NCBI GenBank assembly: GCA_964016885.1
Contig: OZ024742.1
Coordinates: 143,654,001 to 143,718,000 of the forward strand
Reading direction: 5' to 3'
DNA length: 64,000 nucleotides
DNA from: Eledone cirrhosa
Taxonomy: Eukaryota
The notes under the pieces are model-generated. The model was not told where the DNA came from. It searched no databases and was given only the letters and a program-made list of their open reading frames with translations. This document shows positions 21,580-36,500 of this stretch, one piece after another. A program made the translations under genes and the position numbers. Within the stretch, counting starts at the first letter, position 1. Every line of letters starts with the position of its first letter.

Positions 21580-24500
21580 GTGGTGGTGTGATAATGGTGT
21601 TGTTGTTGTGATTGTGGCAGTGGTGTGATAATTGTGTTGTTGTTGTTGTGATGGTGGTAGTGGTGTGATAATGGTGTTGTTTTTGTGATGGTGGCACTGG
21701 TGTGATAATGGTGTTGTTGTTGTGATGGTGGCAGTGGTGTGATAATGGTGTTGTTCTTGTTGTGATGGTGGCAGTGGTGTGATAATGGTGTTGTTGTTGT
21801 TGTGGTGGTGGCAGTGGTGTGATAATGGTGCTGTTGTTGTGATGGTGGCATTGGTGTGATAATGGTGTTGTTGTTGTAATGGTGGTAGTGGTGTGATAAT
21901 GGTGTTGTTGTTGTGATGGTGGCAGTGGTGTGATAATGGTGTTGTTCTTGTTGTGATGGTGGCAGTGGTGTGATAATGGTGTTGTTCTTGTTGTGATGGT
22001 GGTAGTGGTGTGATAATGGTGTTGTTCTTGTTGTGATGGTGGCAGTGGTGTGATAATGGTGTTGTTCTTGTTGTGATGGTGGTAGTGGTGTGATAATGGT
22101 GTTGTTTTTGTGATGGTGGCACTGGTGTGATAATGGTGTTGTTGTTGTGATGGTGACAGTGGTGTGATAATGGTGTTGTTGTTGTGATGGTGGCAGTGGT
22201 GTGATAATGGTGTTGTTCTTGTTGTGATGGTGGCAGTGGTGTGATAATGGTGTTGTTGTTGTGATGGTGGCACTGGTGTGATAATGGTGTTGTTGTTGTA
22301 ATGGTGGTAGTGGTGTGATAATGGTGTTGTTGTTGTGATGGTGGTGTGATAATGGTGTTGTTCTTGTTGTGATGGTGGTAGTGGTGTGATAATGGTGTTG
22401 TTTTTGTGATGGTGGCACTGGTGTGATAATGGTGTTGTTCTTGTTGTGATGGTGGTAGTGGTGTGATAATGGTGTTGTTTTTGTGATGGTGGCACTGGTG
22501 TGATAATGGTGTTGTTGTTGTGATGGTGGCAGTGGTGTGATAATGGTGTTGTTCTTGTTGTGATGGTGGCACTGGTGTGATAATGGTGTTGTTGTTGTAA
22601 TGGTGGTAGTGGTGTGATAATGGTGTTGTTGTTGTGATGGTGGCAGTGGTGTGATAATGGTGTTGTTCTTGTTGTGATGGTGCCAGTGGTGTGATAATGG
22701 TGTTGTTCTTGTTGTGATGGTGGTAGTGGTGTGATAATGGTGTTGTTCTTGTTGTGATGGTGGCAGTGGTGTGATAATGGTGTTGTTGTTGTGATGGTGG
22801 TAGTGGTGTGATAATGGTGTTGTTCTTGTTGTGATGGTGGCAGTGGTGTGATAATGGTGTTGTTGTTGTGATGGTGGCAGTGGTGTGATAATGGTGTTGT
22901 TGTTGTGATGGTGGCAGTGGTGTGATAATGGTGTTGTTCTTGTTGTGATGGTGGTAGTGGTGTGATAATGGTGTTGTTATGTAATGGTGGCAGTGGTGTG
23001 ATAATGGTGTTGTTGTTGTGATGGTGGCAATGGTGTGATAATGGTGTTGTTGTTGTGATGGTGGCAGTGGTGTGATAATGGTGTTGTTCTTGTTGTGATG
23101 GTGGTAGTGGTGTGATAATGGTGTTGTTATGTAATGGTGGCAGTGGTGTGATAATGGTGTTGTTGTTGTGATGGTGGTAGTGGTGTGATAATAGTGTTGT
23201 TGTTGTTGTGATGGTGGCAGTGGTGTGATAATGGTGTTGTTGTTGTTGTGATGGTGGCAGTGGTGTGATAATGGTGTTGTTGTTGTTGTGATGGTGGCAG
23301 TTGTGTGATAATGGTGTTGTTCTTGTTGTGATGGTGGCAGTGGTGTGATAATGGTGTTGTTTTTGTGATGGTGGCAGTGGTGTGATAATGGTGTTGTTGT
23401 TGTTGTGATGGTGGTAGTGGTGTGATAATGGTGAGGTTGTTGTGATGGTGGTAGTGGTGTGATAATGGTGTTGTTGTTGTTATTGTGATGGTGGCAGTGG
23501 TGTGATAATGGTGTTGTTGTTGTGGTGGTGGTAGTGGTGTGATAATAGTGTTGTTGTTGTGATGGTGGCAGTGGTGTGATAATAGTGTTGTTGTTGTGAT
23601 GGTGACAGTGGTGTGTTAATGTTGTTGTTGTTGTTGTTGTTGTGATGGTGGTACTGGTGTGATAATGGTGTTGTTGTTGTGATGGTGGTAGTGGTGTGAT
23701 AATGATGTTGTTGTTGTGATGGTGGTAGTGGTGTGATAATGATGTTGTTGTTGTGATGGTGGTACTGGTGTGATAATGGTGTTATTGTTGTGATGGTGGC
23801 AGTGGTGTGATAAGGATGTTGTTGTTGTGATGGAGGTAGTGGTGTGATAATAGTGTTGTTGTTGTGATGGTGGCAGTGGTGTGATAATAGTGTTGTTGTT
23901 GTGATGGTGGCAGTGGTGTGATAATGGTGTTGTTGTTGTGATGGTGGTAGTGGTGTGATAATGGTTTTGTTATTGTTATGGTGGTAGTGGTGTGATAATG
24001 GTGTTGTTGTTGTGATGGTGGCAGTGGGGTGTTAATGGTGTTGTTGTTGTGATGGTGGTAGTGGTGTGATAATAGTGTTGTTGTTGTGATGGTGGCAGTG
24101 GTGTGATAATAGTGTTGTTGTTGTGATGGTGGCAGTGGTGTGATAATAGTGTTGTTGTTGTGATGGTGGCAGTGGGGTGTTAATGGTGTTGTTGTTGTGG
24201 TGGTGGCAGTGGTGTCATAATGATGTTGTTGTTGTTGTGATGGTGGCTTTGGTGTGATAATGGTGTTGTTGTTGTCATAGTGTCAGTGGTGTGATAATGG
24301 TGTTGTGGTTGTAGTGATGGTGTCAGTGGTGTGATAATGGTGTTGTTGTTGTTGTGATGGTGGCAGTGGTGTGATAATGGTGTTGTTGTTGTTGTGATGG
24401 TGGTACTGGTGTGATAATAGTGTGGTTGTTGTGATGGTGGTAGTGGTGTGATAATGGTGTTGTTGTTGTGATGGTGGTAGTGGTGTGATAATGGTGTTGT

Positions 24501-27500
24501 TGTTGTGATTGTGGCAGTGGTGTGATAATGGTGTTGTTGTTGTTGTGATGGTGGTAGTGGTGTGATAATGGTGGTGTTGTTGTTGTGATGGTGGTAGTGG
24601 TGTGTTAATGGTGTTGTTGTTGTGATGGTGGTAGTGGTGTGATAATGGTGTTGTTGTTGTTGTGATGGTGGTAGTGGTGTGATAATGGTGTTGTTGTTGT
24701 TGTGATGGTGGCAGTGGTGTGATAATGGTTTTGTTATTGTTGTGATGGTGGTAGTGGTGTGATAATAGTATTGTTGTTGTTGTGATGGTGGTAGTGGTGT
24801 GATAATGGTGTTGTTGTTGTGATGGTGGTAGTGGTGTGATAATGGTGTTGTTGTTGTGATGGTGGTACTGGTGTGATAATGGTGTTGTTGTTGTGATGGT
24901 GGCAGTGGTGTGATAATGGTGTTGTTGTGATGGTGGTAGTGGTGTGATAATGGTGGTGTTGTTGTTGTGATGGTGGTAGTGGTGTGTTAATTATGTTGTT
25001 GTTGTGATGGTGGTAGTGGTGTGATAATGGTGTTGTTGTTGTTGTGATGGTGGTAGTGGTGTGATAATGGTGTTGTTGTTGTTTTGATGGTGGCAGTGGT
25101 GTGATAATGGTTTTGTTATTGTTGTGATGGTGGTAGTGGTGTGATAATAGTATTGTTGTTGTTGTGATGGTGGTAGTGGTGTGATAATGGTGTTGTTGTT
25201 GTGATGGTGGTACTGGTGTGATAATGTTGTTGTTGTTGTGATGGTGGCAGTGGTGTGATAATGGTGTTGTTGTTGTTGTGATGGTGGTAGTGGTGTGATA
25301 ATGGTGTTGTTGTTGTTATTGTGATGGTGGCAGTGGTGTGATAATGGTGTTGTTGTTGTGATGGTGGTAGTGGTGTGATAATAGTGTTGTTGTTGTGATG
25401 GTGGCAGTGGTGTGATAATAGTGTTGTTGTTGTGATAGTGACAGTGGTGTGTTAATGGAGTTGTTGTTGTTGTTGTTGTGATGGTGGTACTGGTGTGACA
25501 ATGGTGTTGTTGTTGTGATGGTGGTAGTGGTGTGATAATGATGTTGTTGTTGTGATGGTGGTAGTGGTGTGATAATGATGTTGTTGTTGTGATGTTGGTA
25601 CTGGTGTGATAATGGTGTTGTTGTTGTGATGGTGGCAGTGGTGTGATAAGGATGTTGTTGTTGTGATAGAGGTAGTGGTGTGATTATAGTGTTGTTGTTG
25701 TGATGGTGGCAGTGGTGTGATAATGGTGTTGTTGTTGTGATGGTGGTAGTGGTGTGATAATAGTGTTGTTGTTGTGATGGTGGCAGTGGTGTGATAATGG
25801 TGTTGTTGTTGTGATGGTGGTAGTGGTGTGATAATAGTGTTGTTGTTGTGATGGTGGCAGTGGTGTGTTAATGGTGTTGTTGTTGTGGTGGTGGCAGTGG
25901 TGTGATAATGGTGTTGTTGTTGTTGTGATGGTGGCTTTGGTGTGATAATGGTGTTGTTGTTGTCATAGTGGCAGTGGTGTGATAATGGTGTTGTTGTTGT
26001 GATGGTGGCAGTGGTGTGATAATGGTGTTGTTGTTGTGATGGTGGTACTGGTGTGATAATGGTGTTGTTGTTGTGATGGTGGCAGTGGTGTGATAATGGT
26101 GTTGTTGTTGTTGTGATGGTGGTAGTGGTGTGATAATGGTGTTGTTGTTGTGATGGTGGCAGTGGTGTGATAATGGTGTTGTGGTTGTTGTGATGGTGGT
26201 AGTGGTGTGATAATGGTGTTGTTGTTGTTGTGATGGTGTCAGTGGTGTGATAATGGTGTTGTTGTTGTTGTGATGGTGGCAGTGGTGTGATAATGGTGTT
26301 GTTGTTGTTGTGATGGTGGTACTGGTGTGATAATAGTGTGGTTGTTGTGATGGTGTTAGTGGTGTGATAATGGTGTTGTTGTTGTGATGGTGGTAGTGGT
26401 GTGATAATGGTGTTGTTGATGTGATGGTGGAAGTGGTGTGATAATAGTGTTGTTGTTGTGATGGTGGCAGTGGTGTGATAATGGTGTTGTTATTGTTGTG
26501 ATGGTGGTACTGGTGTGATAATAGTGTTGTTGTTGTGATGGTGGCAGTGGTGTGATAATGGTGTGGTTGCTGTGATGGTGGTAGTGGTGTGATAATGGTG
26601 TTGTTGTTGTGATGGTGGTAGTGGTGTGATAATGGTGTTGTTGTTGTTGTTGTGATGGTGGCAGTGGTGTGATAATGGTGTTGTTGTTGTTGTGATGGTG
26701 GTAGTGGTTTGATAATGGTGTTGTTGTTGTTGTGATGGTGGTAGTGGTGTGTTAATGGTGTTGTTGTTTTGATGGTGGGAGTGGTGTGATAATGGTGTTG
26801 TTGTTGTTGTGATGGTGGTAGTGGTGTTATAATGGTGTTGTTGTTGTTGTGATGGTGGCAGTGGTGTGATAATGGTTTTGTTATTGTTGTGATGGTGGTA
26901 GGGGTGTGATAATAGTATTGTTGTTGTTGTGATGGTGGTAGTGGTGTGATAAAGGTGTTGTTGTGATGGTGGCAGTGGTGTGATAATGGTGTTGTTGTTG
27001 TGATGGTGGTAGTGGTGTGATAATAGTGTTGTTGTTGTGATGGTGGCAGTGGTGTGTAATGGTGTTGTTGTTGTTGTGATGGTGGCAGTGGTGTGATAAT
27101 GGTGTTGTTGTTGTGATGGTGGCAGTGGTGTGATAATAGTTTTATTGTTGTTGTGATGGTGGTAGTGGTGTGATTATGGTGTTGTTATTGTTGTGATGGT
27201 GGCAGTGGTGTGATAATGATGTTGTTGTTGTGATGGTGGTAGTGGTGTGATAATAGTGTTGTTGTTGTGATGGTGGCAGTGGTGTTATAATGGTGTTGTT
27301 GTTGTTGTGATGGTGGCAGTGGTGTGATAATGGTGTTGTTGTTGTGATGGTGGTAGTGGTGTGATAATGGTGTTGTTGTTGTGATGGTGGTAGTGGAGTG
27401 ATAATAGTGTTGTTGTTGTGATGGTGGTAGTGGTGTGATAATGGTGTTGTTGTTGTTGTGATGGTGCTAGTGGTGTGATAATGGTGTTGTTGTCATGATG

Positions 27501-30500
27501 GCGGCAATGAGGTGATAATGGTGTTGTTGTTGTAATTGTGGTAGTGGTGTGATAATGGTGCTGTTGTTGTTGTGATGGTGGTAGTGGTGTGATAATGGTG
27601 TTGTTGTTGTGATGGTGGTAGTGGTGCGATGATGGTGTTGTTGTTGTGATGGTGGTAGTGGTGCGATAATGGTGTTGTTGTTGTGATTGTGGCAGTGGTT
27701 TTATAATGGTGTTGTTGTTGTGATTGTGGCAGCGGTGTGATAATGGTGTTGTTGTTGTGATTGTGGTAGTGGTGTGATAATGGTGTTGTTCTTGTTGTGA
27801 TGGTGGCAGTGGTGTGATAATGGTGTTGTTCTTGTTGTGATGGTGGTAGTGGTGTGATAATGGTGTTGTTCTTGTTGTGATGGTGGCAGTGGTGTGATAA
27901 TGGTGTTGTTGTTGTGATGGTGGTAGTGGTGTGATAATGGTGTTGTTCTTGTTGTGATGGTGGCAGCGGTGTGATAATGGTGTTGTTGTTGTGATGGTGG
28001 CAGTGGTGTGATAATGGTGTTGTTGTTGTGATGGTGGCAGTGGTGTGATAATGGTGTTGTTCTTGTTGTGATGGTGGTAGTGGTGTGATAATGGTGTTGT
28101 TATGTAATGGTGGTAGTGGTGTGATAATGGTTTTGTTGTTGTGATGGTGGCAATGGTGTGATAATGGTGTTGTTCTTGTTGTGATGGTGGCAGTGGTGTG
28201 ATAATGGTGTTGTTGTTGTGATGGTGGTAGTGGTGTGATAATGGTGTTGTTGTTGTGATGGTGGTAGTGGTGTGATAATAGTGTTATTGTTGTTGTGATG
28301 GTGGCAGTGGTGTGATAATGGTGTTGTTGTTGTTGTGATGGTGGCAGTGGTGTGATAATGGTGTTGTTGTTGTTGTGATGGTGGCAGTTGTGTGATAATG
28401 GTGTTGTTCTTGTTGTGATGGTGGCAGTGGTGTGATAATGGTGTTGTTTTTGTGATGGTGGCAGTGGTGTGATAATGGTGTTGTTCTTGTGATGGTGGTA
28501 CTGGTGTGATAATGGTGCTGTTGTTGTGATGGTGGCAGTGGTGTGATAATGGTGTTGTTCTTTTGTGATGGTGGCAGTGGTGTGATAATGGTGTTGTTGT
28601 TGTTGTGATGGTGGTAGTGGTGTGATAATGGTGAGGTTGTTGTGATGGTGGTAGTGGTGTGATAATGGTGTTGTTGTTGTTATTGTGATGGTGGCAGTGG
28701 TGTGATAATGGTGTTGTTGTTGTGGTGGTGGTAGTGGTGTGATAATAGTGTTGTTGTTGTGATGGTGGCAGTGGTGTGATAATAGTGTTGTTGTTGTGAT
28801 GGTGACAGTGGTGTGTTAATGTTGTTGTTGTTGTTGTTGTTGTGATGGTGGTACTGGTGTGATAATGGTGTTGTTGTTGTGATGGTGGTAGTGGTGTGAT
28901 AATGATGTTGTTGTTGTGATGGTGGTAGTGGTGTGATAATGATGTTGTTGTTGTGATGGTGGTACTGGTGTGATAATGGTGTTATTGTTGTGATGGTGGC
29001 AGTGGTGTGATAAGGATGTTGTTGTTGTGATGGAGGTAGTGGTGTGATAATAGTGTTGTTGTTGTGATGGTGGCAGTGGTGTGATAATAGTGTTGTTGTT
29101 GTGATGGTGGCAGTGGTGTGATAATGGTGTTGTTGTTGTGATGGTGGTAGTGGTGTGATAATGGTTTTGTTATTGTTATGGTGGTAGTGGTGTGATAATG
29201 GTGTTGTTGTTGTGATGGTGGCAGTGGGGTGTTAATGGTGTTGTTGTTGTGATGGTGGTAGTGGTGTGATAATAGTGTTGTTGTTGTGATGGTGGCAGTG
29301 GTGTGATAATAGTGTTGTTGTTGTGATGGTGGCAGTGGTGTGATAATAGTGTTGTTGTTGTGATGGTGGCAGTGGGGTGTTAATGGTGTTGTTGTTGTGG
29401 TGGTGGCAGTGGTGTCATAATGATGTTGTTGTTGTTGTGATGGTGGCTTTGGTGTGATAATGGTGTTGTTGTTGTCATAGTGTCAGTGGTGTGATAATGG
29501 TGTTGTGGTTGTAGTGATGGTGTCAGTGGTGTGATAATGGTGTTGTTGTTGTTGTGATGGTGGCAGTGGTGTGATAATGGTGTTGTTGTTGTTGTGATGG
29601 TGGTACTGGTGTGATAATAGTGTGGTTGTTGTGATGGTGGTAGTGGTGTGATAATGGTGTTGTTGTTGTGATGGTGGTAGTGGTGTGATAATGGTGTTGT
29701 TGTTGTGATTGTGGCAGTGGTGTGATAATGGTGTTGTTGTTGTTGTGATGGTGGTAGTGGTGTGATAATGGTGGTGTTGTTGTTGTGATGGTGGTAGTGG
29801 TGTGTTAATGGTGTTGTTGTTGTGATGGTGGTAGTGGTGTGATAATGGTGTTGTTGTTGTTGTGATGGTGGTAGTGGTGTGATAATGGTGTTGTTGTTGT
29901 TGTGATGGTGGCAGTGGTGTGATAATGGTTTTGTTATTGTTGTGATGGTGGTAGTGGTGTGATAATAGTATTGTTGTTGTTGTGATGGTGGTAGTGGTGT
30001 GATAATGGTGTTGTTGTTGTGATGGTGGTAGTGGTGTGATAATGGTGTTGTTGTTGTGATGGTGGTACTGGTGTGATAATGGTGTTGTTGTTGTGATGGT
30101 GGCAGTGGTGTGATAATGGTGTTGTTGTGATGGTGGTAGTGGTGTGATAATGGTGGTGTTGTTGTTGTGATGGTGGTAGTGGTGTGTTAATGGTGTTGTT
30201 GTTGTGATGGTGGTAGTGGTGTGATAATGGTGTTGTTGTTGTTGTGATGGTGGTAGTGGTGTGATAATGGTGTTGTTGTTGTTGTGATGGTGGCAGTGGT
30301 GTGATAATGGTTTTGTTATTGTTGTGATGGTGGTAGTGGTGTGATAATAGTATTGTTGTTGTTGTGATGGTGGTAGTGGTGTGATAATGGTGTTGTTGTT
30401 GTGATGGTGGTACTGGTGTGATAATGTTGTTGTTGTTGTGATGGTGGCAGTGGTGTGATAATGGTGTTGTTGTTGTTGTGATGGTGGTAGTGGTGTGATA

Positions 30501-33500
30501 ATGGTGTTGTTGTTGTTATTGTGATGGTGGCAGTGGTGTGATAATGGTGTTGTTGTTGTGATGGTGGTAGTGGTGTGATAATAGTGTTGTTTTTGTGATG
30601 GTGGCAGTGGTGTGATAATAGTGTTGTTGTTGTGATAGTGACAGTGGTGTGTTAATGGAGTTGTTGTTCTTGTTGTTGTGATGGTGGTACTGGTGTGACA
30701 ATGGTGTTGTTGTTGTGATGGTGGTAGTGGTGTGATAATGATGTTGTTGTTGTGATGGTGGTAGTGGTGTGATAATGATGTTGTTGTTGTGATGTTGGTA
30801 CTGGTGTGATAATGGTGTTGTTGTTGTGATGGTGGCAGTGGTGTGATAAGGATGTTGTTGTTGTGATAGAGGTAGTGGTGTGATTATAGTGTTGTTGTTG
30901 TGATGGTGGCAGTGGTGTGATAATGGTGTTGTTGTTGTGATGGTGGTAGTGGTGTGATAATAGTGTTGTTGTTGTGATGGTGGCAGTGGTGTGATAATGG
31001 TGTTGTTGTTGTGATGGTGGTAGTGGTGTGATAATAGTGTTGTTGTTGTGATGGTGGCAGTGGTGTGTTAATGGTGTTGTTGTTGTGGTGGTGGCAGTGG
31101 TGTGATAATGGTGTTGTTGTTGTTGTGATGGTGGCTTTGGTGTGATAATGGTGTTGTTGTTGTCATAGTGGCAGTGGTGTGATAATGGTGTTGTTGTTGT
31201 GATGGTGGCAGTGGTGTGATAATGGTGTTGTTGTTGTGATGGTGGTACTGGTGTGATAATGGTGTTGTTGTTGTGATGGTGGCAGTGGTGTGATAATGGT
31301 GTTGTTGTTGTTGTGATGGTGGTAGTGGTGTGATAATGGTGTTGTTGTTGTGATGGTGGCAGTGGTGTGATAATGGTGTTGTGGTTGTTGTGATGGTGGT
31401 AGTGGTGTGATAATGGTGTTGTTGTTGTTGTGATGGTGTCAGTGGTGTGATAATGGTGTTGTTGTTGTTGTGATGGTGGCAGTGGTGTGATAATGGTGTT
31501 GTTGTTGTTGTGATGGTGGTACTGGTGTGATAATAGTGTGGTTGTTGTGATGGTGTTAGTGGTGTGATAATGGTGTTGTTGTTGTGATGGTGGTAGTGGT
31601 GTGATAATGGTGTTGTTGATGTGATGGTGGAAGTGGTGTGATAATAGTGTTGTTGTTGTGATGGTGGCAGTGGTGTGATAATGGTGTTGTTATTGTTGTG
31701 ATGGTGGTACTGGTGTGATAATAGTGTTGTTGTTGTGATGGTGGCAGTGGTGTAAAAATGGTGTGGTTGCTGTGATGGTGGTAGTGGTGTGATAATGGTG
31801 TTGTTGTTGTGATGGTGGTAGTGGTGTGATAATGTAGTTGTTGTTGTTGTTGTGATGGTGGCAGTGGTGTGATAATGGTGTTGTTGTTGTTGTGATGGTG
31901 GTAGTGGTTTGATAATGGTGTTGTTGTTGTTGTGATGGTGGTAGTGGTGTGTTAATGGTGTTGTTGTTTTGATGGTGGGAGTGGTGTGATAATGGTGTTG
32001 TTGTTGTTGTGATGGTGGTAGTGGTGTGATAATGGTGTTGTTGTTGTTGTGATGGTGGCAGTGGTGTGATAATGGTTTTGTTATTGTTGTGATGGTGGTA
32101 GGGGTGTGATAATAGTATTGTTGTTGTTGTGATGGTGGTAGTGGTGTGATAAAGGTGTTGTTGTGATGGTGGCAGTGGTGTGATAATGGTGTTGTTGTTG
32201 TGATGGTGGTAGTGGTGTGATAATAGTGTTGTTGTTGTGATGGTGGTAGTGGTGTGTAATGGTGTTGTTGTTGTTGTGATGGTGGCAGTGGTGTGATAAT
32301 GGTGTTGTTGTTGTGATGGTGGCAGTGGTGTGATAATAGTTTTATTGTTGTTGTGATGGTGGTAGTGGTGTGATAATGGTGTTGTTATTGTTGTGATGGT
32401 GGCAGTGGTGTGATAATGATGTTGTTGTTGTGATGGTGGTAGTGGTGTGATAATAGTGTTGTTGTTGTGATGGTGGCAGTGGTGTTATAATGGTGTTGTT
32501 GTTGTTGTGATGGTGGCAGTGGTGTGATAATGGTGTTGTTGTTGTGATGGTGGTAGTGGTGTGATAATGGTGTTGTTGTTGTGATGGTGGTAGTGGTGTG
32601 ATAATGGTGTTGTTGTTGTGATGGTGGTAGTGGAGTGATAATAGTGTTGTTGTTGTGATGGTGGTAGTGGTGTGATAATGGTGTTGTTGTTGTTGTGATG
32701 GTGCTAGTGGTGTGATAATGGTGTTGTTGTCATGATGGCGGCAATGAGGTGATAATGGTGTTGTTGTTGTAATTGTGGTAGTGGTGTGATAATGGTGCTG
32801 TTGTTGTTGTGATGGTGGTAGTGGTGTGATAATGGTGTTGTTGTTGTGATGGTGGTAGTGGTGCGATGATGGTGTTGTTGTTGTGATGGTGGTAGTGGTG
32901 CGATAATGGTGTTGTTGTTGTGATTGTGGCAGTGGTTTTATAATGGTGTTGTTGTTGTGATTGTGGCAGCGGTGTGATAATGGTGTTGTTGTTGTGATTG
33001 TGGTAGTGGTGTGATAATGGTGTTGTTGTTGTGATGGTGGTAGTGGTGTGATAATGGTGTGGTTGTTGTGATGGTGGTAGTGGTGTGATAATGGTGTTGT
33101 TGTTGTGATGGTGGTAGTGGTGTGATAATAGTGTTGTTGTTGTGATGGTTGTAGTGGTGTGTAATGGTGTTTTTGTTGTTGATTGTGGCAGTGGTGTGAT
33201 AATGGTGTTGTTGTTGTTGTGATGGTGACAGCGGTGTGATAATGGTCTTGTCGTTGTTGTGGTGACAGTGGTGTTATAATGGTGTTGTTGTTGTGATAGT
33301 GGCAGTGGTGTTATAATGGTGTTGTTGTTGTTGTGATGGTGGCAGTGGTGTGATAATGGTGTTGTTGTTGTGATGGTGGTAGTGGTGTGATAATGGTGTT
33401 GTTGTTGTGATGGTGGTAGTGGTGTGATAATGGTGTTGTTGTTGTTTTGATGGTGGTAGTGGTGTAATAATGGTGTTATTGTTGTTGTGGTGGTGGCAGT

Positions 33501-36500
33501 GGTGTGATAATAATGTTGTTGTTGTGATAGTGGCAGTGGTGTGATAATGGTGTTGTTGTTGTTGTGATGGTGACAGTGGTGTGATAATTGTCTTGTCGTT
33601 GTTGTGGTGGCAGTGGTGTTATAATGGTGTTGTTGTTGTGATAGTGGCAGTGGTGTTATAATGGTGTTGTTGTTGTTGTGATGGTGGCAGTGGTGTGATA
33701 ATGGTGTTGTTGTTGTGATGGTGGTAGTGGTGTGATAATGGTGTTGTTGTTGTGATGGTGGTAGTGGTGTGATAATGGTGTTGTTGTTGTGATGGTGGCA
33801 GTGGTGTGATAATGGTGTTGTTGTTGTGATTGTGGCAGTGGTGTGATAATGGTGTTGTTGTTGTTGTGATGGTGGTAGTGGTGTGATAATGGTGTTGTTC
33901 TTGTTGTGATGGTGGCAGTGGTGTGATAATGGTGTTGTTGTTGTTGTGATGGTGGCAGTGGTGTGATAATGATGTTGTCGTTGTGATGGTGGTAGTGGTG
34001 TGATAATAGTGTTGTTGTTGTGATGGTGGCAGTGGTGTTATAATGGTGTTGTTGTTGTTGTGATGGTGGCAGTGGTGTGATAATGGTGTTGTTGTTGTGA
34101 TGCTGGTAGTGGTGTGATAATGGTGTTGTTGTTGTGATGGTGGTAGTGGTGTGATAATGGTGTTGTTGTTGTGATGGTGGCAGTGGTGTGATAATGGTGT
34201 TGTTGTTGTGATGGTGGCAGTGGTGTGATAATGGTGTTGTTGTTGTTGTGATGGTGGTAGTGGTGTGATAATGGTGTTGTTGTTGTGATGGTGGCAGTGG
34301 TGTGATAATGCTGTTGTTGTTGTGATGGTGGCAGTGGTGTTATAATGGTGTTGTGGTGTTGTTGTTGTGATGGTGGTAGTGGTGTGATAATGGTGTTGTT
34401 GTTGTCATGGTGGCAGTGGTGTGATAATGGTGTTGTTGTTGTTGTGATGGTGACAGTGGTGTTATAATGGTGTTGTTGTTGTTGTGATGGTGGCAGTGGT
34501 GTGATAATGGTGTTGTTGTTGTTGTGATGGTGGCAGTGGTGTGATAATGGTGTTGTTGTTGTGATGGTGGTAGTGGTGTGATAATGGTGTTGTTGTTGTG
34601 ATGGTGGTAGTGGTGTGATAATGGTGTTGTTGTTGTGATGGTGGCAGTGGTGTGATAATGGTGTTGTTGTTGTGATTGTGGCAGTGGTGTGATAATGGTG
34701 TTGTTGTTGTTGTGATGGTGGTAGTGGTGTGATAATGGTGTTGTTCTTGTTGTGATGGTGGCAGTGGTGTGATAATGGTGTTGTTGTTGTTGTGATGGTG
34801 GCAGTGGTGTGATAATGATGTTGTCGTTGTGATGGTGGTAGTGGTGTGATAATAGTGTTGTTGTTGTGATGGTGGCAGTGGTGTGATAATGGTGTTGTTA
34901 TTGTTGTGATGGTGGTACTGGTGTGATAATAGTGTTGTTGTTGTGATGGTGGCAGTGGTGTGATAATGGTGTGGTTGCTGTGATGGTGGTAGTGGTGTGA
35001 TAATGGTGTTGTTGTTGTGATGGTGGTAGTGGTGTGATAATGGTGTTGTTGTTGTTGTTGTGATGGTGGCAGTGGTGTGATAATGGTGTTGTTGTTGTTG
35101 TGATGGTGGTAGTGGTGTGATAATGGTGTTGTTGTTGTTGTGATGGTGGTAGTGGTGTATTAATGGTGTTGTTGTTTTGATGGTGGGAGTGGTGTGATAA
35201 TGGTGTTGTTGTTGTGATGGTGGTAGTGGTGTGATAATGGTGTTGTTGTTGTTGTGATGGTGGCAGTGGTGTGATAATGGTTTTGTTATTGTTGTGATGG
35301 TGGTAGGGGTGTGATAATAGTATTGTTGTTGTTGTGATGGTGGTAGTGGTGTGATAAAGGTGTTGTTGTGATGGTGGCAGTGGTGTGATAATGATGTTGT
35401 TGTTGTGATGGTGGTAGTGGTGTGATAATAGTGTTGTTGTTGTGATGGTGGCAGTGGTGTGTATTGGTGTTGTTGTTGTTGTGATGGTGGCAGTGGTGTG
35501 ATAATGGTGTTGTTGTTGTGATGGTGGCAGTGGTGTGATAATAGTTTTATTGTTGTTGTGATGGTGGTAGTGGTGTGATAATGGTGTTGTTATTGTTGTG
35601 ATGGTGGCAGTGGTGTGATAATGATGTTGTTGTTGTGATGGTGGTAGTGGTGTGATAATAGTGTTGTTGTTGTGATGGTGGTACTGGTGTGATAATGGTG
35701 CTGTTGTTGTGATGGTGGCAGTGGTGTGATAATGGTGTTGTTCTTTTGTGATGGTGGCAGTGGTGTGATAATGGTGTTGTTGTTGTTGTGATGGTGGTAG
35801 TGGTGTGATAATGGTGAGGTTGTTGTGATGGTGGTAGTGGTGTGATAATGGTGTTGTTGTTGTTATTGTGATGGTGGCAGTGGTGTGATAATGGTGTTGT
35901 TGTTGTGGTGGTGGTAGTGGTGTGATAATAGTGTTGTTGTTGTGATGGTGGCAGTGGTGTGATAATAGTGTTGTTGTTGTGATGGTGACAGTGGTGTGTT
36001 AATGTTGTTGTTGTTGTTGTTGTTGTGATGGTGGTACTGGTGTGATAATGGTGTTGTTGTTGTGATGGTGGTAGTGGTGTGATAATGATGTTGTTGTTGT
36101 GATGGTGGTAGTGGTGTGATAAAGATGTTGTTGTTGTGATGGTGGTACTGGTGTGATAATGGTGTTATTGTTGTGATGGTGGCAGTGGTGTGATAAGGAT
36201 GTTGTTGTTGTGATGGAGGTAGTGGTGTGATAATAGTGTTGTTGTTGTGATGGTGGCAGTGGTGTGATAATAGTGTTGTTGTTGTGATGGTGGCAGTGGT
36301 GTGATAATGGTGTTGTTGTTGTGATGGTGGTAGTGGTGTGATAATGGTTTTGTTATTGTTATGGTGGTAGTGGTGTGATAATGGTGTTGTTGTTGTGATG
36401 GTGGCAGTGGGGTGTTAATGGTGTTGTTGTTGTGATGGTGGTAGTGGTGTGATAATAGTGTTGTTGTTGTGATGGTGGCAGTGGTGTGATAATAGTGTTG

